DNA of 64,000 bases from Candidatus Latescibacterota bacterium (GCA_965203175.1 OZ241867.1:5920001-5984000), one strand, 5' to 3'. Shown: positions 38,411 to 48,647, numbered from the stretch's first letter. The notes: generated by a model from the letters alone, not told the origin. Program-made: numbers and translations.

Positions 38411-38504
38411 GGTTGCTTGACAAAATCGTTTTAGGATTTCCATTGAAAGCCAAATCAGTCCCTTCCCAACCCAATCACAACGCACTTTCCCGCGAGGAGA
38501 CCCC

Positions 38505-39500
38505 ATGATCCGCATGGCGCAATACGGCACCAAGCACGGTCACGCCGCTGGCAAACTCAAGGCAATGCTCGACAACCCCGAGGTCGAAGTCGTCGGCCTA
38601 TACGAACCCGACGCCGAATGCCGCCAACAAGTTGCAGACGACGAACTCTATCGACAGGTCCGCTTCTTGGACAGCGAAGAAGAGCTGCTCGGTGACAGCT
38701 CCATCGTCGCCGTCGCCTCCGAGGGCCGCAACGACGAGAGCTTGGACCAGACCGAGCGCATCGTCCAAGCCGGCAAGCACGTGTGGTACGACAAGCCAGC
38801 CGGAGACGATTGGGCGCAGTGGCAGCGGGTCGTAGCAGAGGCGCGGGCCGCCGACCTGCAAGTGCAAATGGGCTTTATGCTGCGCTACCATCCCGGCTTC
38901 AACCAGATCGCAGAGTGGGCGCGGTCGGGGTTTTTGGGCAATGTCTATTCAGTGCGCGCCCACATGTCCACCAACATCACCGAGACCGGGCGAGAAGTAA
39001 TCGCCGCCGGACACCATGGCGGCATCTTCTACGATCTAGCCGGGCACATGCTCGATCAAGTGGTGTGGATTCTGGGGCGGCCGGAGAAAGTGACGACCTT
39101 TCTGCGCAACGACACCGGCGTCGTGCCCGCGTTTCAGGACAACACGCTCGGCGTTTTTGAGTACGAGCGGGCCATGGCTTGGGTCGATATTGCGGCGATG
39201 GAGCCACAGCCGATGGCGCGGCGCTTTGAGGTCTATGGCGATCGCGGCAGCGCGATTCTGCTAGAGCCTTTTGAGCCGGGCCAGACCATCCGGCTCTGCC
39301 TGACCGAAGCAGCCGACGGCTATGCACAGGGCGAGCAGATGGTACCTTTCGAAGGAATTTCGCGGCAGGGACTTTACGAACTCGAATTGGCGTCCCTTGT
39401 ACGGGTTCTCAAAGGCGAACACGGCCCAGACCGCTCACTCGACCACGAACTCCTCGTGCAAGAGACCTTGCTGCGCGGGACCGGGCTTATTGCGGCTTGA
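38505..39500 (+). CDS. Gfo/Idh/MocA oxidoreductase
   Basis: GKHVWYDKP, RYHP and GGIFYDLAGHMLD motifs. Confidence 0.88.
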   Translation: MIRMAQYGTKHGHAAGKLKAMLDNPEVEVVGLYEPDAECRQQVADDELYRQVRFLDSEEELLGDSSIVAVASEGRNDESLDQTERIVQAGKHVWYDKPAGDDWAQWQRVVAEARAADLQVQMGFMLRYHPGFNQIAEWARSGFLGNVYSVRAHMSTNITETGREVIAAGHHGGIFYDLAGHMLDQVVWILGRPEKVTTFLRNDTGVVPAFQDNTLGVFEYERAMAWVDIAAMEPQPMARRFEVYGDRGSAILLEPFEPGQTIRLCLTEAADGYAQGEQMVPFEGISRQGLYELELASLVRVLKGEHGPDRSLDHELLVQETLLRGTGLIAA

Positions 39501-40482
39501 GCCATGCCTCGGCAATCACGCGCTTGATCGGTGGGATCGCTAGCTGGAAGTTGCGACCAACCGGGCGCGGATGCGGAAACCACTTCCACAGTAATGCACC
39601 AACCACGCGCGGCTCAGCGGCGATGGCGTCAAGCGCGACGCGCATGCAGGCCACTTGCACGGGGAGCGCGTCCTCGCCATCCACCGGGTACGCCCACGGC
39701 GCGAGCGGCGCTTGGTGCGACTGGTTGTAGCCCAGCTCAGTGAAGAGGATGTTGCGGTTGTGTAGCTCGCCAAAGGCCCGCAGTTCCCCCATGCGCTCTG
39801 CCCAGCCAGCGCGGATATCCTCCTCGTCGTAATCGGGATCCTCAGTGAGGGGGAAATAAGCCTGAATGCCGATGACATCGAGAGCATCCCAGAAAGGCAC
39901 TTGGCGGTAGTCAGTCCAATTGGCCGCATAGGTCAGGGGCGCATCAGTGCGCTGGCGCACCTCGGCAATGAGTGCGCGCCATTCCTCCTCAAAAGTCAGC
40001 ATGCGGTCGAGTTCGGTGCCGACGACGAAACCATCGGCCTCCCGGCAGACGGTGGCCAACAGCGCGATCCACTCCCGATAGTCCCGCCAGAACCGCTGCC
40101 AATCCTCGGCTTGGGCAAAGGTAATTTCGCCCCGCCAAGCAAAGGGCGAGCGCCAATAGGCGATATGGGGCTTGATGTAGATGCGCAATCCCAAGCGGTG
40201 GGCCTCGCGGATGGGACGCACGATATGGGCCGGCGGGTCGTCTGGATCAATGTCCGACCACCGGAGCGTACCGTCGGCACGGATGCTAGCGTAGGGGTGG
40301 ATCGCCACCCAGTTGGCACCGACAGCGCGAATGTCCTCTAGGGTCGGCACAATGGCGTCAGTGCCCCAGTCGCGGCCAATGCCGTGCGTGGAGATCGTGA
40401 TGCCGCGGACCTCCGTATCGTCGGCCACAGTCAATCCGGCGAGAGCGAGAGCGAGAACGAGGGCGTTGATAGCATGGGACAT
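39487..40482 (-). CDS. Secreted GH113-like TIM-barrel glycoside hydrolase
   Basis: Signal peptide; KPHI, WRGEI, GTEL, LTYAANW, FWDALDVIGIQAYFPL and FTELGY motifs. Confidence 0.78.
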   Translation of the reverse strand: MSHAINALVLALALAGLTVADDTEVRGITISTHGIGRDWGTDAIVPTLEDIRAVGANWVAIHPYASIRADGTLRWSDIDPDDPPAHIVRPIREAHRLGLRIYIKPHIAYWRSPFAWRGEITFAQAEDWQRFWRDYREWIALLATVCREADGFVVGTELDRMLTFEEEWRALIAEVRQRTDAPLTYAANWTDYRQVPFWDALDVIGIQAYFPLTEDPDYDEEDIRAGWAERMGELRAFGELHNRNILFTELGYNQSHQAPLAPWAYPVDGEDALPVQVACMRVALDAIAAEPRVVGALLWKWFPHPRPVGRNFQLAIPPIKRVIAEAWLKPQ

Positions 40483-40531
40483 ATTAGGCTAAATATACGG
40501 AACCACGCCTAGATAGGATGGAGACCAAACC

Positions 40532-41917
40532 ATGCGTCCGAACATTCTCTGGATCTGCACCGACCAGCAGCGCTACGATACGATTGGCGCGCTAGGCAAC
40601 GAGCACATCCGCACGCCGAACATCGACCGCCTAATCGGCGAGGGCACCGCGTTTACCCACGCCTTCTGCCAAAGCCCGATTTGCACCCCCAGCCGCGCCA
40701 GCTTCCTCACCGGCATGTATCCGAGCAGCGTCCACGGCTGCACCAATGGCAATGCCTACTGGGCGAGCGCGGCCCCCCTAGTCACCAAGCAGCTAGCCGA
40801 CGCCGCTTCCTACGACTGCGGACTCGCCGGCAAGCTGCACCTAGCCGGTGCCCACGGCCGGATCGAGCCGCGCGGCGACGACGGCTATCGCGTCTTCCAC
40901 TGGAGCCACGACTCGCGCGACCAGTGGCCCGAAGGCCACGCGTACGCCGATTGGGTCCGCACCCAAGGCCGCACCTTAGCCGAGCTGCGCGAGGATCCAG
41001 CCCAGATGCCACCCGCGCTGCACCAGACCACTTGGTGCGCGGACAAGGCCATTGAGTTCATGCGCGAGGAGCGCACCACGCCTTGGCTGATGAGCGTCAA
41101 CATGTTCGACCCGCACGCGCCCTTCGACCCGCCACAAGCGTACTTGGATCGCTACGATCCAGCGGCCCTACCCGATCCGCTGTGGAGCGAAAATGACCCC
41201 CAGGCCCATGCGCAACTCGGTCCGGTGGACGGAGCCGCGTCCATTAGCTTAGACCAAGCCAAGGAAGTCATGGCGGCGTATTACGCCATGATCGAATTGA
41301 TCGACGACAATGTGGGACGCATGATCCAGGCCCTAGAAGAAAGCGGCCAGCGCGAGAATACCCTAGTGATTTTCACGTCGGATCACGGCGAACTGTTGGG
41401 CGATCACCAACTCGTGGGCAAGGGGTGCCGATTTTACGAGTGCTTGGTGCGAGTGCCATTGATCTGCTCCTGGCCGGGACGCGTACAGGAGGGGCGCGTC
41501 TGCGATGCGCTGGTCGAACTAATGGACATTGCCCCAACCTTGCTAGAACTAGCCGAAGTCCCCGCGCCCGAAAGAATGCAAGGGCGCTCGCTGTGGCCCC
41601 TGCTAACCGGCCAAACCCAGACGCACCGCGCCTACGTCCGCAGCGAGTACTACCGCGCCCTAAACCCAGACGTACCAGGCCGGGAGCATCTCCAAGGCAC
41701 CTACGGCACGATGATCCGCGACCAGCGCTACAAACTGGTCTGCTACCACAACCGCGACCAAGGCGAACTATTTGACTTGCAGGAAGATCCAGGCGAGTTC
41801 GACAACCGCTGGGACGACCCAGCCTACGCAGAGGTGCGCTTCGCGCTGCTGAAACAGAATTTCGACGCGCTGGCCCAAGCCGTGGATATTGGCCCCGTGC
41901 AGGTTACGCAGTTTTAG
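40532..41917 (+). CDS. Sulfatase (choline-sulfatase-like)
   Basis: TDQQR, CTPSRAS, GKLH, DPHAPF and SDHG motifs. Confidence 0.93.
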   Translation: MRPNILWICTDQQRYDTIGALGNEHIRTPNIDRLIGEGTAFTHAFCQSPICTPSRASFLTGMYPSSVHGCTNGNAYWASAAPLVTKQLADAASYDCGLAGKLHLAGAHGRIEPRGDDGYRVFHWSHDSRDQWPEGHAYADWVRTQGRTLAELREDPAQMPPALHQTTWCADKAIEFMREERTTPWLMSVNMFDPHAPFDPPQAYLDRYDPAALPDPLWSENDPQAHAQLGPVDGAASISLDQAKEVMAAYYAMIELIDDNVGRMIQALEESGQRENTLVIFTSDHGELLGDHQLVGKGCRFYECLVRVPLICSWPGRVQEGRVCDALVELMDIAPTLLELAEVPAPERMQGRSLWPLLTGQTQTHRAYVRSEYYRALNPDVPGREHLQGTYGTMIRDQRYKLVCYHNRDQGELFDLQEDPGEFDNRWDDPAYAEVRFALLKQNFDALAQAVDIGPVQVTQF

Positions 41918-41928
41918 CGGAGTGCACA

Positions 41929-42831
41929 GTGGCAGTTGCCGACCAGAAAAGGGCTTATCTCTGCGGGTTGGCCGCAGTGCTGCTGTGGTCAACCGTGGCG
42001 TCGGCCTTCAAAATCACCCTTCGCCATATGGACTACGCCGAGTTGCTATTCTGGGCTAGTTGCGCTTCGACAGGAGCGCTCGGGGTGTTAGTCGTCGCGC
42101 AGGGAAAAATAGGTCAGGTACTCAGAAGCCAGCCGACTGACTACGCCCGCTCGCTGGCGCTGGGAGCGTTAAATCCCCTACTCTACTATCTAATCCTCTT
42201 CAAAGCCTACCAACTGCTACCCGCCCAAGAGGCGCAGGCACTCAATTATACTTGGGCGCTCACCCTGACTTGGCTCTCCATTCCACTCTTGGGACAGCGA
42301 ATCGGCCGGAGCGATCTGGCCGCGGGCTTGATCTGTTACGCAGGCGTGCTAGTCATCTCCACGCGCGGCGAAATCTGGACCTTGCGCTTTTCCGATCCAC
42401 TCGGGGTGACCTTGGCGCTGGGCAGCACAGTGATATGGGCCTTCTATTGGATCTACAACACCCGCGACAAGCGCGACCCCGTGGTGCGGCTCTTCCTCAA
42501 TTTCGCTTTGTCACTGCCGCTGACACTCGGCTGTGTCCTGCTGATGGGACAGTGGCGGGCACCTGCTTGGCCGGGTTTGTTGGGGGCGGCTTACATCGGC
42601 CTCTTCGAGATGGGAATCACGTATGTTCTGTGGCAGTGGGCGCTGCGCTATGCAGAAAACACCTCCAGGGTCGGCAATCTAATCTTCATTTCCCCGTTCT
42701 GCTCCCTAGTACTGATTCACTTCGTGCTGGGAGAGGCAATTCGCTGGGCGACCCTAGCGGGCCTCGTGCTCATCGTCGCCGGCTTGCTCTACCAGCAAAG
42801 GGGGGCAAGGGCTCACTCCACCAGCCCGTAG
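41929..42831 (+). CDS. DMT/EamA transporter
   Basis: About ten TM helices; WSTVASAFK and AQEAQALNYTW motifs. Confidence 0.88.
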   Translation: MAVADQKRAYLCGLAAVLLWSTVASAFKITLRHMDYAELLFWASCASTGALGVLVVAQGKIGQVLRSQPTDYARSLALGALNPLLYYLILFKAYQLLPAQEAQALNYTWALTLTWLSIPLLGQRIGRSDLAAGLICYAGVLVISTRGEIWTLRFSDPLGVTLALGSTVIWAFYWIYNTRDKRDPVVRLFLNFALSLPLTLGCVLLMGQWRAPAWPGLLGAAYIGLFEMGITYVLWQWALRYAENTSRVGNLIFISPFCSLVLIHFVLGEAIRWATLAGLVLIVAGLLYQQRGARAHSTSP

Positions 42832-42895
42832 TGTGGCTCATTGATGCGCCAAACGCCGCACCCTTGGTTTGCTTTTTGTAGCGCGCACGCTACAT
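42776..42895 (+). repeat. 120-bp direct repeat, copy 1 (copy 2 at 45243-45362)
   Basis: Manual alignment gives 6 mismatches in 120 nt; includes the DMT 3' end and the palindrome TGTAGCG-cgca-CGCTACA. Confidence 0.92.
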
Positions 42896-43197
42896 GCCAA
42901 AGCATACTGGCAGAGTCCACCGGGCCATCATACAGAATGATGCGAACAGGCTACGCCTGAACCTTGATCGATGCTCAGGTGTTCAGTATATTTCGCGTAT
43001 CGTGAGGAACAGGGAGGGAAACGGAATGTCGCCTGATGAATCCAATGCGGTGATACAAAGAAATGGAGAGATTGTTGTTATGACTATTGATGAAGTGCGT
43101 GCGGAGATCATGTCTCTCTTCATATGCTTTTTTCGAAGTTGCCTTCAAAGGTCCGAACAAAGACATCCTCCGATCTAATCTGCGAAAGGAAACAGAC

Positions 43198-44331
43198 ATG
43201 AAAATCGCCGATGTGAAAGCGATGACCTTAAAAGGTTACAAACAGTGGAACTACGTTCAGATTGAAACTGACGAGGGATTGACAGGGATAGGTGAGGCAC
43301 ACCCTGGCGCGGGCATCGCCGAAATTATCCTGCAATTCAAGCAGATACTCGTTGGCGCGGATCCGAGAAATATAGAACCGCTCTACAACCACATGATTGC
43401 CGCAGCGAGTAATCGATACGCAATAGGTTTATCGGCGATTGGCGGAATAGAAACTGCGCTGTGGGATCTGCTCGGAAAAAGCCTTGGGGTGCCGGTCTAT
43501 CAGTTATTAGGTGGGAAGTATCGAGATCGCATCCGACTCTATGCCGATGTAGGGCATGGAAAAGGAAATACCCCAGAGGGTTGGGCACAGCGAGCAAGGG
43601 AAGGCGTTGCAGACGGCTACCAAGCGATCAAATTCGATATTGACAACTCCGCAAACGAACTCAAGCAGGATGCAGTCAACCGAGAATTAAGTACTGCAGA
43701 GTTACAGAAAATGACATCGTTGGTTGCTGCTGCACGAGAAGCTGCCGGTGGTGAGATTGATATCAGCCTTGATTGCCATAGTTTACTTAGCGTTCATTCA
43801 GCGATGAAGCTTTCGGAACTTTTAGAACCATTCGATTTAATGTTTTTGGAGGATCCAGTGCCGAACGATAATGTCGAAGCGATGGCAAAGGTCAGCACTG
43901 CGACTTCTATTCCGATTTGTACCGGTGAGTTCTTATTTCGTAGAGATGGTTTCAGAGAACTGATCCAGACACAAGCCTGCGATATGCTCCATGTTGATGT
44001 ATCTGGAACAGGAGGAATGCTTGAAGCAAAGAAGATTGCGGATCTGGCGGATCTGTATTATCTGCCGTTTGCTGCACACAACATCACATCACCAATTGGT
44101 ATGACGGCAACGGCACACGTCTGTGCCGCCGTGCGGAATTTCATCGTCATGGAACTCCCGTATCATGCCGATCAGGTTGAATGGCGGTGGGATCTCGCAA
44201 TTTCAAACGAACCTCTCCTGCAAGATAATGCGTTTGTGGTGCCGGAGCAGCCGGGATTGGGTGTTGAAATAAATGCAAAAATAGCGAACGAACATCTCAT
44301 GCCCGGATCCGATCATTTTGGCACATCTTAA
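43198..44331 (+). CDS. Mandelate racemase/muconate lactonizing enzyme family protein (lower GC)
   Basis: ALWDLLGK.LGVPVYQLLGG, KFD, EDP, TGE and HN motifs; AAGGA RBS. Confidence 0.92.
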   Translation: MKIADVKAMTLKGYKQWNYVQIETDEGLTGIGEAHPGAGIAEIILQFKQILVGADPRNIEPLYNHMIAAASNRYAIGLSAIGGIETALWDLLGKSLGVPVYQLLGGKYRDRIRLYADVGHGKGNTPEGWAQRAREGVADGYQAIKFDIDNSANELKQDAVNRELSTAELQKMTSLVAAAREAAGGEIDISLDCHSLLSVHSAMKLSELLEPFDLMFLEDPVPNDNVEAMAKVSTATSIPICTGEFLFRRDGFRELIQTQACDMLHVDVSGTGGMLEAKKIADLADLYYLPFAAHNITSPIGMTATAHVCAAVRNFIVMELPYHADQVEWRWDLAISNEPLLQDNAFVVPEQPGLGVEINAKIANEHLMPGSDHFGTS

Positions 44332-44364
44332 ACTTCTCGCCATTTTAGCGATGCAGCGTCAATC

Positions 44365-44388
44365 GGCGCGCTTACAAAGCGCGCCTAC
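44365..44388 (-). repeat. GTAG-type REP palindrome
   Basis: Minus strand GTAGGCGCGCTT-tgt-AAGCGCGCC. Confidence 0.6.
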
Positions 44389-44601
44389 CAGTGGATATCT
44401 TGATATTTTGATCTTTGCCATCAATAGCCATAACAATGGCAAGCACTATTACACCAAGTTCACTTCTTCGATTTAATCTAACCGGATCCGCCGCTTTGAA
44501 GCCGTGTAGAACGCTCGGCATCAAGATACCGCCCCAGTCTCGCATCATTACTCGTTGAAACCTTCGAATACCTAGATCCGCGCCCGCGCTACCGCGTTTT
44601 C

Positions 44602-44940
44602 ATGATCCGTGCCGCCAGCGGCGGGGCGGAAAACCTGCACTCATTCATGCGGGAAATCTTCACGAGGCGCGAAGAGGAAGAGGACTTCCTATTCGATCAC
44701 GACCGATGGAAGGAATTGATCGCCGCAAGACTGGGACCGGAAGCGGTCGAGGAATTTACCGACATCATCCTGGATGGTAAGACCATCATCCCGGAGCCCG
44801 ACGCTTTCGGCCCCTGCTTCGAGCGGCAGCCCGCTGTCTTCACCAATGAGGCCGGCGAAGAATTCAGCGGTTTCAAATGGGTCCGAATAGAGTCAATTCC
44901 CGAGCGGATATGCCGCGAAAATGTAACGGCGAAGAAATAA
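44602..44940 (+). pseudogene. Gene fragment resembling the C-terminal part of a metallopeptidase (M61-like)
   Basis: IRAASGG..NLHSFMR and FGPCF segments; no N-terminal domain. Confidence 0.35.
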
Positions 44941-45242
44941 TCGGGCTATTTGTTAATTAGCGCGTGTGGATCATCATGCAATCACCGCCCGCAGGTGGGC
45001 AACCGCCAGTCGGATCACCTCAGTATCGTCGCACGCATTCAAATCCTTGCCTTCAAAGACCACCGAGACAGCCCCGTTGAAGTCCACAAAGTATAGGAAA
45101 AATGAGGTGCCTTTGGGGGACTCTCGGTCAAGGCGCTGAGCGCACCGCAAGGGTCCGGCAACTCCCGGAGGATCGTTTGCCAGTCCTTCAACCGAACTCG
45201 CAGTACAGTTTGGTTGCCTGTCGGCCCGTATCCGGATCAATA

Positions 45243-45362
45243 TCGCCGGCTTGCTCTACCAGCAAAGGGGAGCAAGGGCTCACTCGACCAGCCCGTAGTG
45301 TGGCCCATTGACGCGCTAAACGCCGCTCCCTTGGTTTGCTTTTTGTAGCGCGCACGCTACAT
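45243..45362 (+). repeat. 120-bp direct repeat, copy 2; contains the probable TA promoter/operator
   Basis: Near-identical to 42776-42895; the palindrome ends 8 nt before the toxin ATG. Confidence 0.9.
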
Positions 45363-45369
45363 TCTGCAT

Positions 45370-45708
45370 ATGAACATGTCTCTTAGGACGTTGCGCAATT
45401 ACGTTTCCCCACAAGGGAACGTGCCCTTTGATGATTGGTTGGAGTCTCTCAAAGATAGAAAAGCACGAGCTATCATCCGCAACCGAATTAATCGCGTGCG
45501 ACAGGGCAATATGGGCGATGCCGACTCTCTAGGTGGAGGTGTGTTTGAACTGAGAATCCACTACGGTCCGGGGTATCGCGTGTATTATGGAGAACTGGGA
45601 AGGACGATCGTAATTTTGCTCTGCGGCGGTACTAAACGATCACAACGCCGCGACATTGAACGCGCCAAAGCATATTGGCAGGATTTGAGGAGTCACAGTG
45701 ATGAATGA
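45370..45708 (+). CDS. RelE/ParE-family toxin (addiction module killer type)
   Basis: PFDDWLESLKD, GNMGD, GVFELRIHYGPGYRVYY and LLCGG.K motifs. Confidence 0.92.
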   Translation: MNMSLRTLRNYVSPQGNVPFDDWLESLKDRKARAIIRNRINRVRQGNMGDADSLGGGVFELRIHYGPGYRVYYGELGRTIVILLCGGTKRSQRRDIERAKAYWQDLRSHSDE

Positions 45709-46027
45709 GAAACAGGTTTTGCAACGCACAGTCAGCTATGACGAAGGGCTGCTAAAAGCGCTCAAAGACCCCGAAGAAGCTCGGGCTTACTTGGAAGTCG
45801 CGCTGGATGAGTGTGAAGCAAGCGGCGAGATCGATGGGCTACTATTGGCCCTGCGCGATGTCGCCCAAGCGCAAGGAGGCGTTGGTGCATTGGCAGAGCG
45901 CTCTGGCCTCAACCGCGAACATCTCTATCGCGTGCTTTCAAGTCGCAGCAAGCCGAAGATAGACAATCTGATGGCCATCGTATCGGCCTTGGGGTTTCGG
46001 TTCAGATTGGATTTTGCCGAGATGTAG
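45701..46027 (+). CDS. HTH antitoxin (addiction module antidote type)
   Basis: LKDPEEARAYL, ALRDVAQAQGG and GLNREHLYRVLS motifs; overlaps the toxin gene. Confidence 0.92.
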   Translation: MNEKQVLQRTVSYDEGLLKALKDPEEARAYLEVALDECEASGEIDGLLLALRDVAQAQGGVGALAERSGLNREHLYRVLSSRSKPKIDNLMAIVSALGFRFRLDFAEM

Positions 46028-46080
46028 AGTTTTATCGGTAAGTCTCACGCCACCGGCCCGTAATCCCACCCTTTACTTCC

Positions 46081-47214
46081 CTACCAGTTCGTATAGGACC
46101 CATCGTCGCGCAGATAGCCGGTGGGTGGCCCATAGTCCTGTGTTGACACGGCATCGAGTGCCGCCTCGTTGAATTCAATGCCAAGGCCGGGGCCTTCGGG
46201 AGGCAAGAGGTACCCAGATTCAAACGGCACCTGCACCGGAAACTCGTCGGTGAGTGAAGACATCGGCGCACGCGGAAGTTCCTGCACACCGACGAGTGAA
46301 GATGCCAAACAGAGATGCAAACAGGCCGCGGTGGAAACCGGCCCGAGCGGGTTGTGCGGTGCCAGATGGATGTAATGCGTTTCGCACCACCCGGCAATTT
46401 TGCGCGCCTCTGTCAATCCACCGGCAATGCACAAGTCAACGCGGCAGTAATCCATCAGATCCTCTTCAATGACTTCCCTGAATGTCCACTTGCTGTCAAA
46501 TTGTTCCCCGACGGCAAGCGGGACGGAGGTCTGTTGGCGCAGCCGCCGGAGACTGGCTGGATTTTCACTCCGCAGCGGATCTTCAACGAAAAACGGATTG
46601 TAGGGGGCAACCCGGTTGCAGAAATCGAGGCTATCCGCCGGATCGAGACGGGTGTGCACGTCCACTAATATTTGGACCTGGTCGCCCAATGCATTGCGCA
46701 CGGCCTCCACCTGTTCAACGCCGTGCTGGATAGCGCGTCTGGGGTCAAACGTCCCTTTATCTGCACCATCAGCCAAACCCCAGCGGACGAATTTCCAACC
46801 GGCCTCATGGGTTTGGCGACAACTCTCGACGAGGGCATCAATCGTGCCGCCACCGTTGTGCGGATAACAGACGACCTTGTCTCGCGTGCGTCCGCCCAAA
46901 AGTTCGTACACAGGCACATTGAGTGCTTTCCCTTTGATGTCCCAGAGCGCGATATCTACGGCACTCACTGCGGCGGATTGGACGACACCGCCGGGAAAGA
47001 AGCCACCGCGGAACATCACTTGCCACAGATGTTCAATTTGGAACGGGTCTGCACCTATGAGAAACGGCTCAAAAGAGCGAATGACTTCGGCCAAGGCGAG
47101 GGAGCGCCGTCTCAATCCTCCTTCACCGAGACCATAGATGCCAGCATCGGTTTCTACCTTCACGAAAAAATAGCCGCTCGATCCAACAAAGGATTTGATC
47201 TTGGTGATTTTCAT
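46081..47214 (-). CDS. MR/MLE enolase-superfamily enzyme (galactonate dehydratase-like)
   Basis: DIALWDIKGKALNVPVYELLGG, DVH, EDP, VGE and PHNPLGP motifs. Confidence 0.92.
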   Translation of the reverse strand: MKITKIKSFVGSSGYFFVKVETDAGIYGLGEGGLRRRSLALAEVIRSFEPFLIGADPFQIEHLWQVMFRGGFFPGGVVQSAAVSAVDIALWDIKGKALNVPVYELLGGRTRDKVVCYPHNGGGTIDALVESCRQTHEAGWKFVRWGLADGADKGTFDPRRAIQHGVEQVEAVRNALGDQVQILVDVHTRLDPADSLDFCNRVAPYNPFFVEDPLRSENPASLRRLRQQTSVPLAVGEQFDSKWTFREVIEEDLMDYCRVDLCIAGGLTEARKIAGWCETHYIHLAPHNPLGPVSTAACLHLCLASSLVGVQELPRAPMSSLTDEFPVQVPFESGYLLPPEGPGLGIEFNEAALDAVSTQDYGPPTGYLRDDGSYTNW

Positions 47215-47243
47215 AAATTCTCTCATTAATGTTTCGCGTCAGT

Positions 47244-48137
47244 TCACTCCACCGGCCCGTAGTGCGGTCCCCATTGACGGGCTATACCCTTCCCCAAGGC
47301 TAGGAGCGCCTGCTGTTCGCCAGCATCCAACGGCGTGTAGCGCCGCATCCATTCGATGTTCTGCACCAGTTCTTCTTCGTTATAGACTCCAATGACCGCC
47401 AAGTTCACTCCCGGCAATCCCAAGGCATAGCGCAGCGCCCGCTCGCGATCGTCAAAGCCGCTGTTGGCCATCTGCGAGGGCCGGGGGGTGTCGTACTTCA
47501 TGTCGATGGCCCCGCCGTACACTTTCATCGCGACAATGCCAGCGCTCTGGGCGCGAGCCAAAGGCAGGACCACCTCCTCAAAGTTGTAAATGTGGCAGTC
47601 GACGAAGTTGACGGCGAACATACAGGCGTCGATTTCGACCTCGCGCAGGACCTTGGCGGACTTCCAGGGCGCGTGGTGAGCGGTGATGCCGATATAGCGA
47701 GTCCAACCGCGCCGCTGCGCTTCGCGCAAACCGGCAAGAGCACCGTCTTTGGCCAGCACTTGTTCCACGTCTAAGTGGCCCAGCGAGTGGACGTACATCA
47801 AGTCCAAGTGGTCGGTGCCCAAGGTGTCCAAGTTCTTTTCGACGATATCGAGTGCCTCTTGATAGTGAGCCGTGTGGGCCTTGCTGACTAAGAACAGCTC
47901 GTCCCGACGACGGGGAACGACATGGGCGAGCTGACTCTGGGCGCGCTCGTAGCCGGGGGCTGTGTCGATATAGGTAACGCCGAGGTCAATGGCCCGTTCA
48001 AAAAGCGCGACGGCGTCCGCGTCTGCTAAGCCCATGCCGCCAGCGGCCGTGCCCAGGCCGAGCAAAGGAACGTGTTCGCCGGTCTTGCCGAAGGTGGCTT
48101 GCGGCAGGGGAGCTATGTCGATGGAGGCGGTAGTCAT
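47244..48137 (-). CDS. Aldo/keto reductase
   Basis: FGKTG, GVTYIDTAPGY, LVSK, DHLDL.YVH and AMKVYGG motifs. Confidence 0.9.
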   Translation of the reverse strand: MTTASIDIAPLPQATFGKTGEHVPLLGLGTAAGGMGLADADAVALFERAIDLGVTYIDTAPGYERAQSQLAHVVPRRRDELFLVSKAHTAHYQEALDIVEKNLDTLGTDHLDLMYVHSLGHLDVEQVLAKDGALAGLREAQRRGWTRYIGITAHHAPWKSAKVLREVEIDACMFAVNFVDCHIYNFEEVVLPLARAQSAGIVAMKVYGGAIDMKYDTPRPSQMANSGFDDRERALRYALGLPGVNLAVIGVYNEEELVQNIEWMRRYTPLDAGEQQALLALGKGIARQWGPHYGPVE

Positions 48138-48287
48138 AATATCTACTCTCTCGGTTGAGGGGATGAGACTTGGGGACAAATCTAACCAAACGGCATGCCG
48201 GCAACAGGGCGTGCTTTGCCCGAAACTTGCCGTTTGGTATGTTAAGCCGACGGATTTCACTAGCACGATAAACGCGAGGAGGACATT

Positions 48288-48647
48288 ATGGTCATTCGCA
48301 ATTGGCGCAACGTCACGCCCGTCGTCGGGCATGAATCCAAACTGATCTGGTCGATCTTCCGCGCCCAAAGCGCGGAGGGGCGAGAAGAGAACGAGGCAGT
48401 ACTCCTAGGTTTTTCTGGACTAACGCTGCATCGCCTGCAAGGGGGACTAGACGGCGATTACCACGAGCACGAGGCCACCGAGCAAGTGTACTACTTCCTC
48501 AGTGGTACGGGACGGATGAAGATCGACGGGGAAATATACGAAGTGCGCGAGGGCGACGCAGTGCACATTCCGCCGAAGGTCAAGCACCAGCTTTCCAACC
48601 CCGGGGACGACTGGGTCGAGCACTTGATCATCAGCGCCCAAGTCTAG
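48288..48647 (+). CDS. Cupin-domain protein
   Basis: HEH...EQVYY.LSG.G and GDAVHIPP.VKH motifs; GAGGAGG RBS. Confidence 0.88.
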   Translation: MVIRNWRNVTPVVGHESKLIWSIFRAQSAEGREENEAVLLGFSGLTLHRLQGGLDGDYHEHEATEQVYYFLSGTGRMKIDGEIYEVREGDAVHIPPKVKHQLSNPGDDWVEHLIISAQV

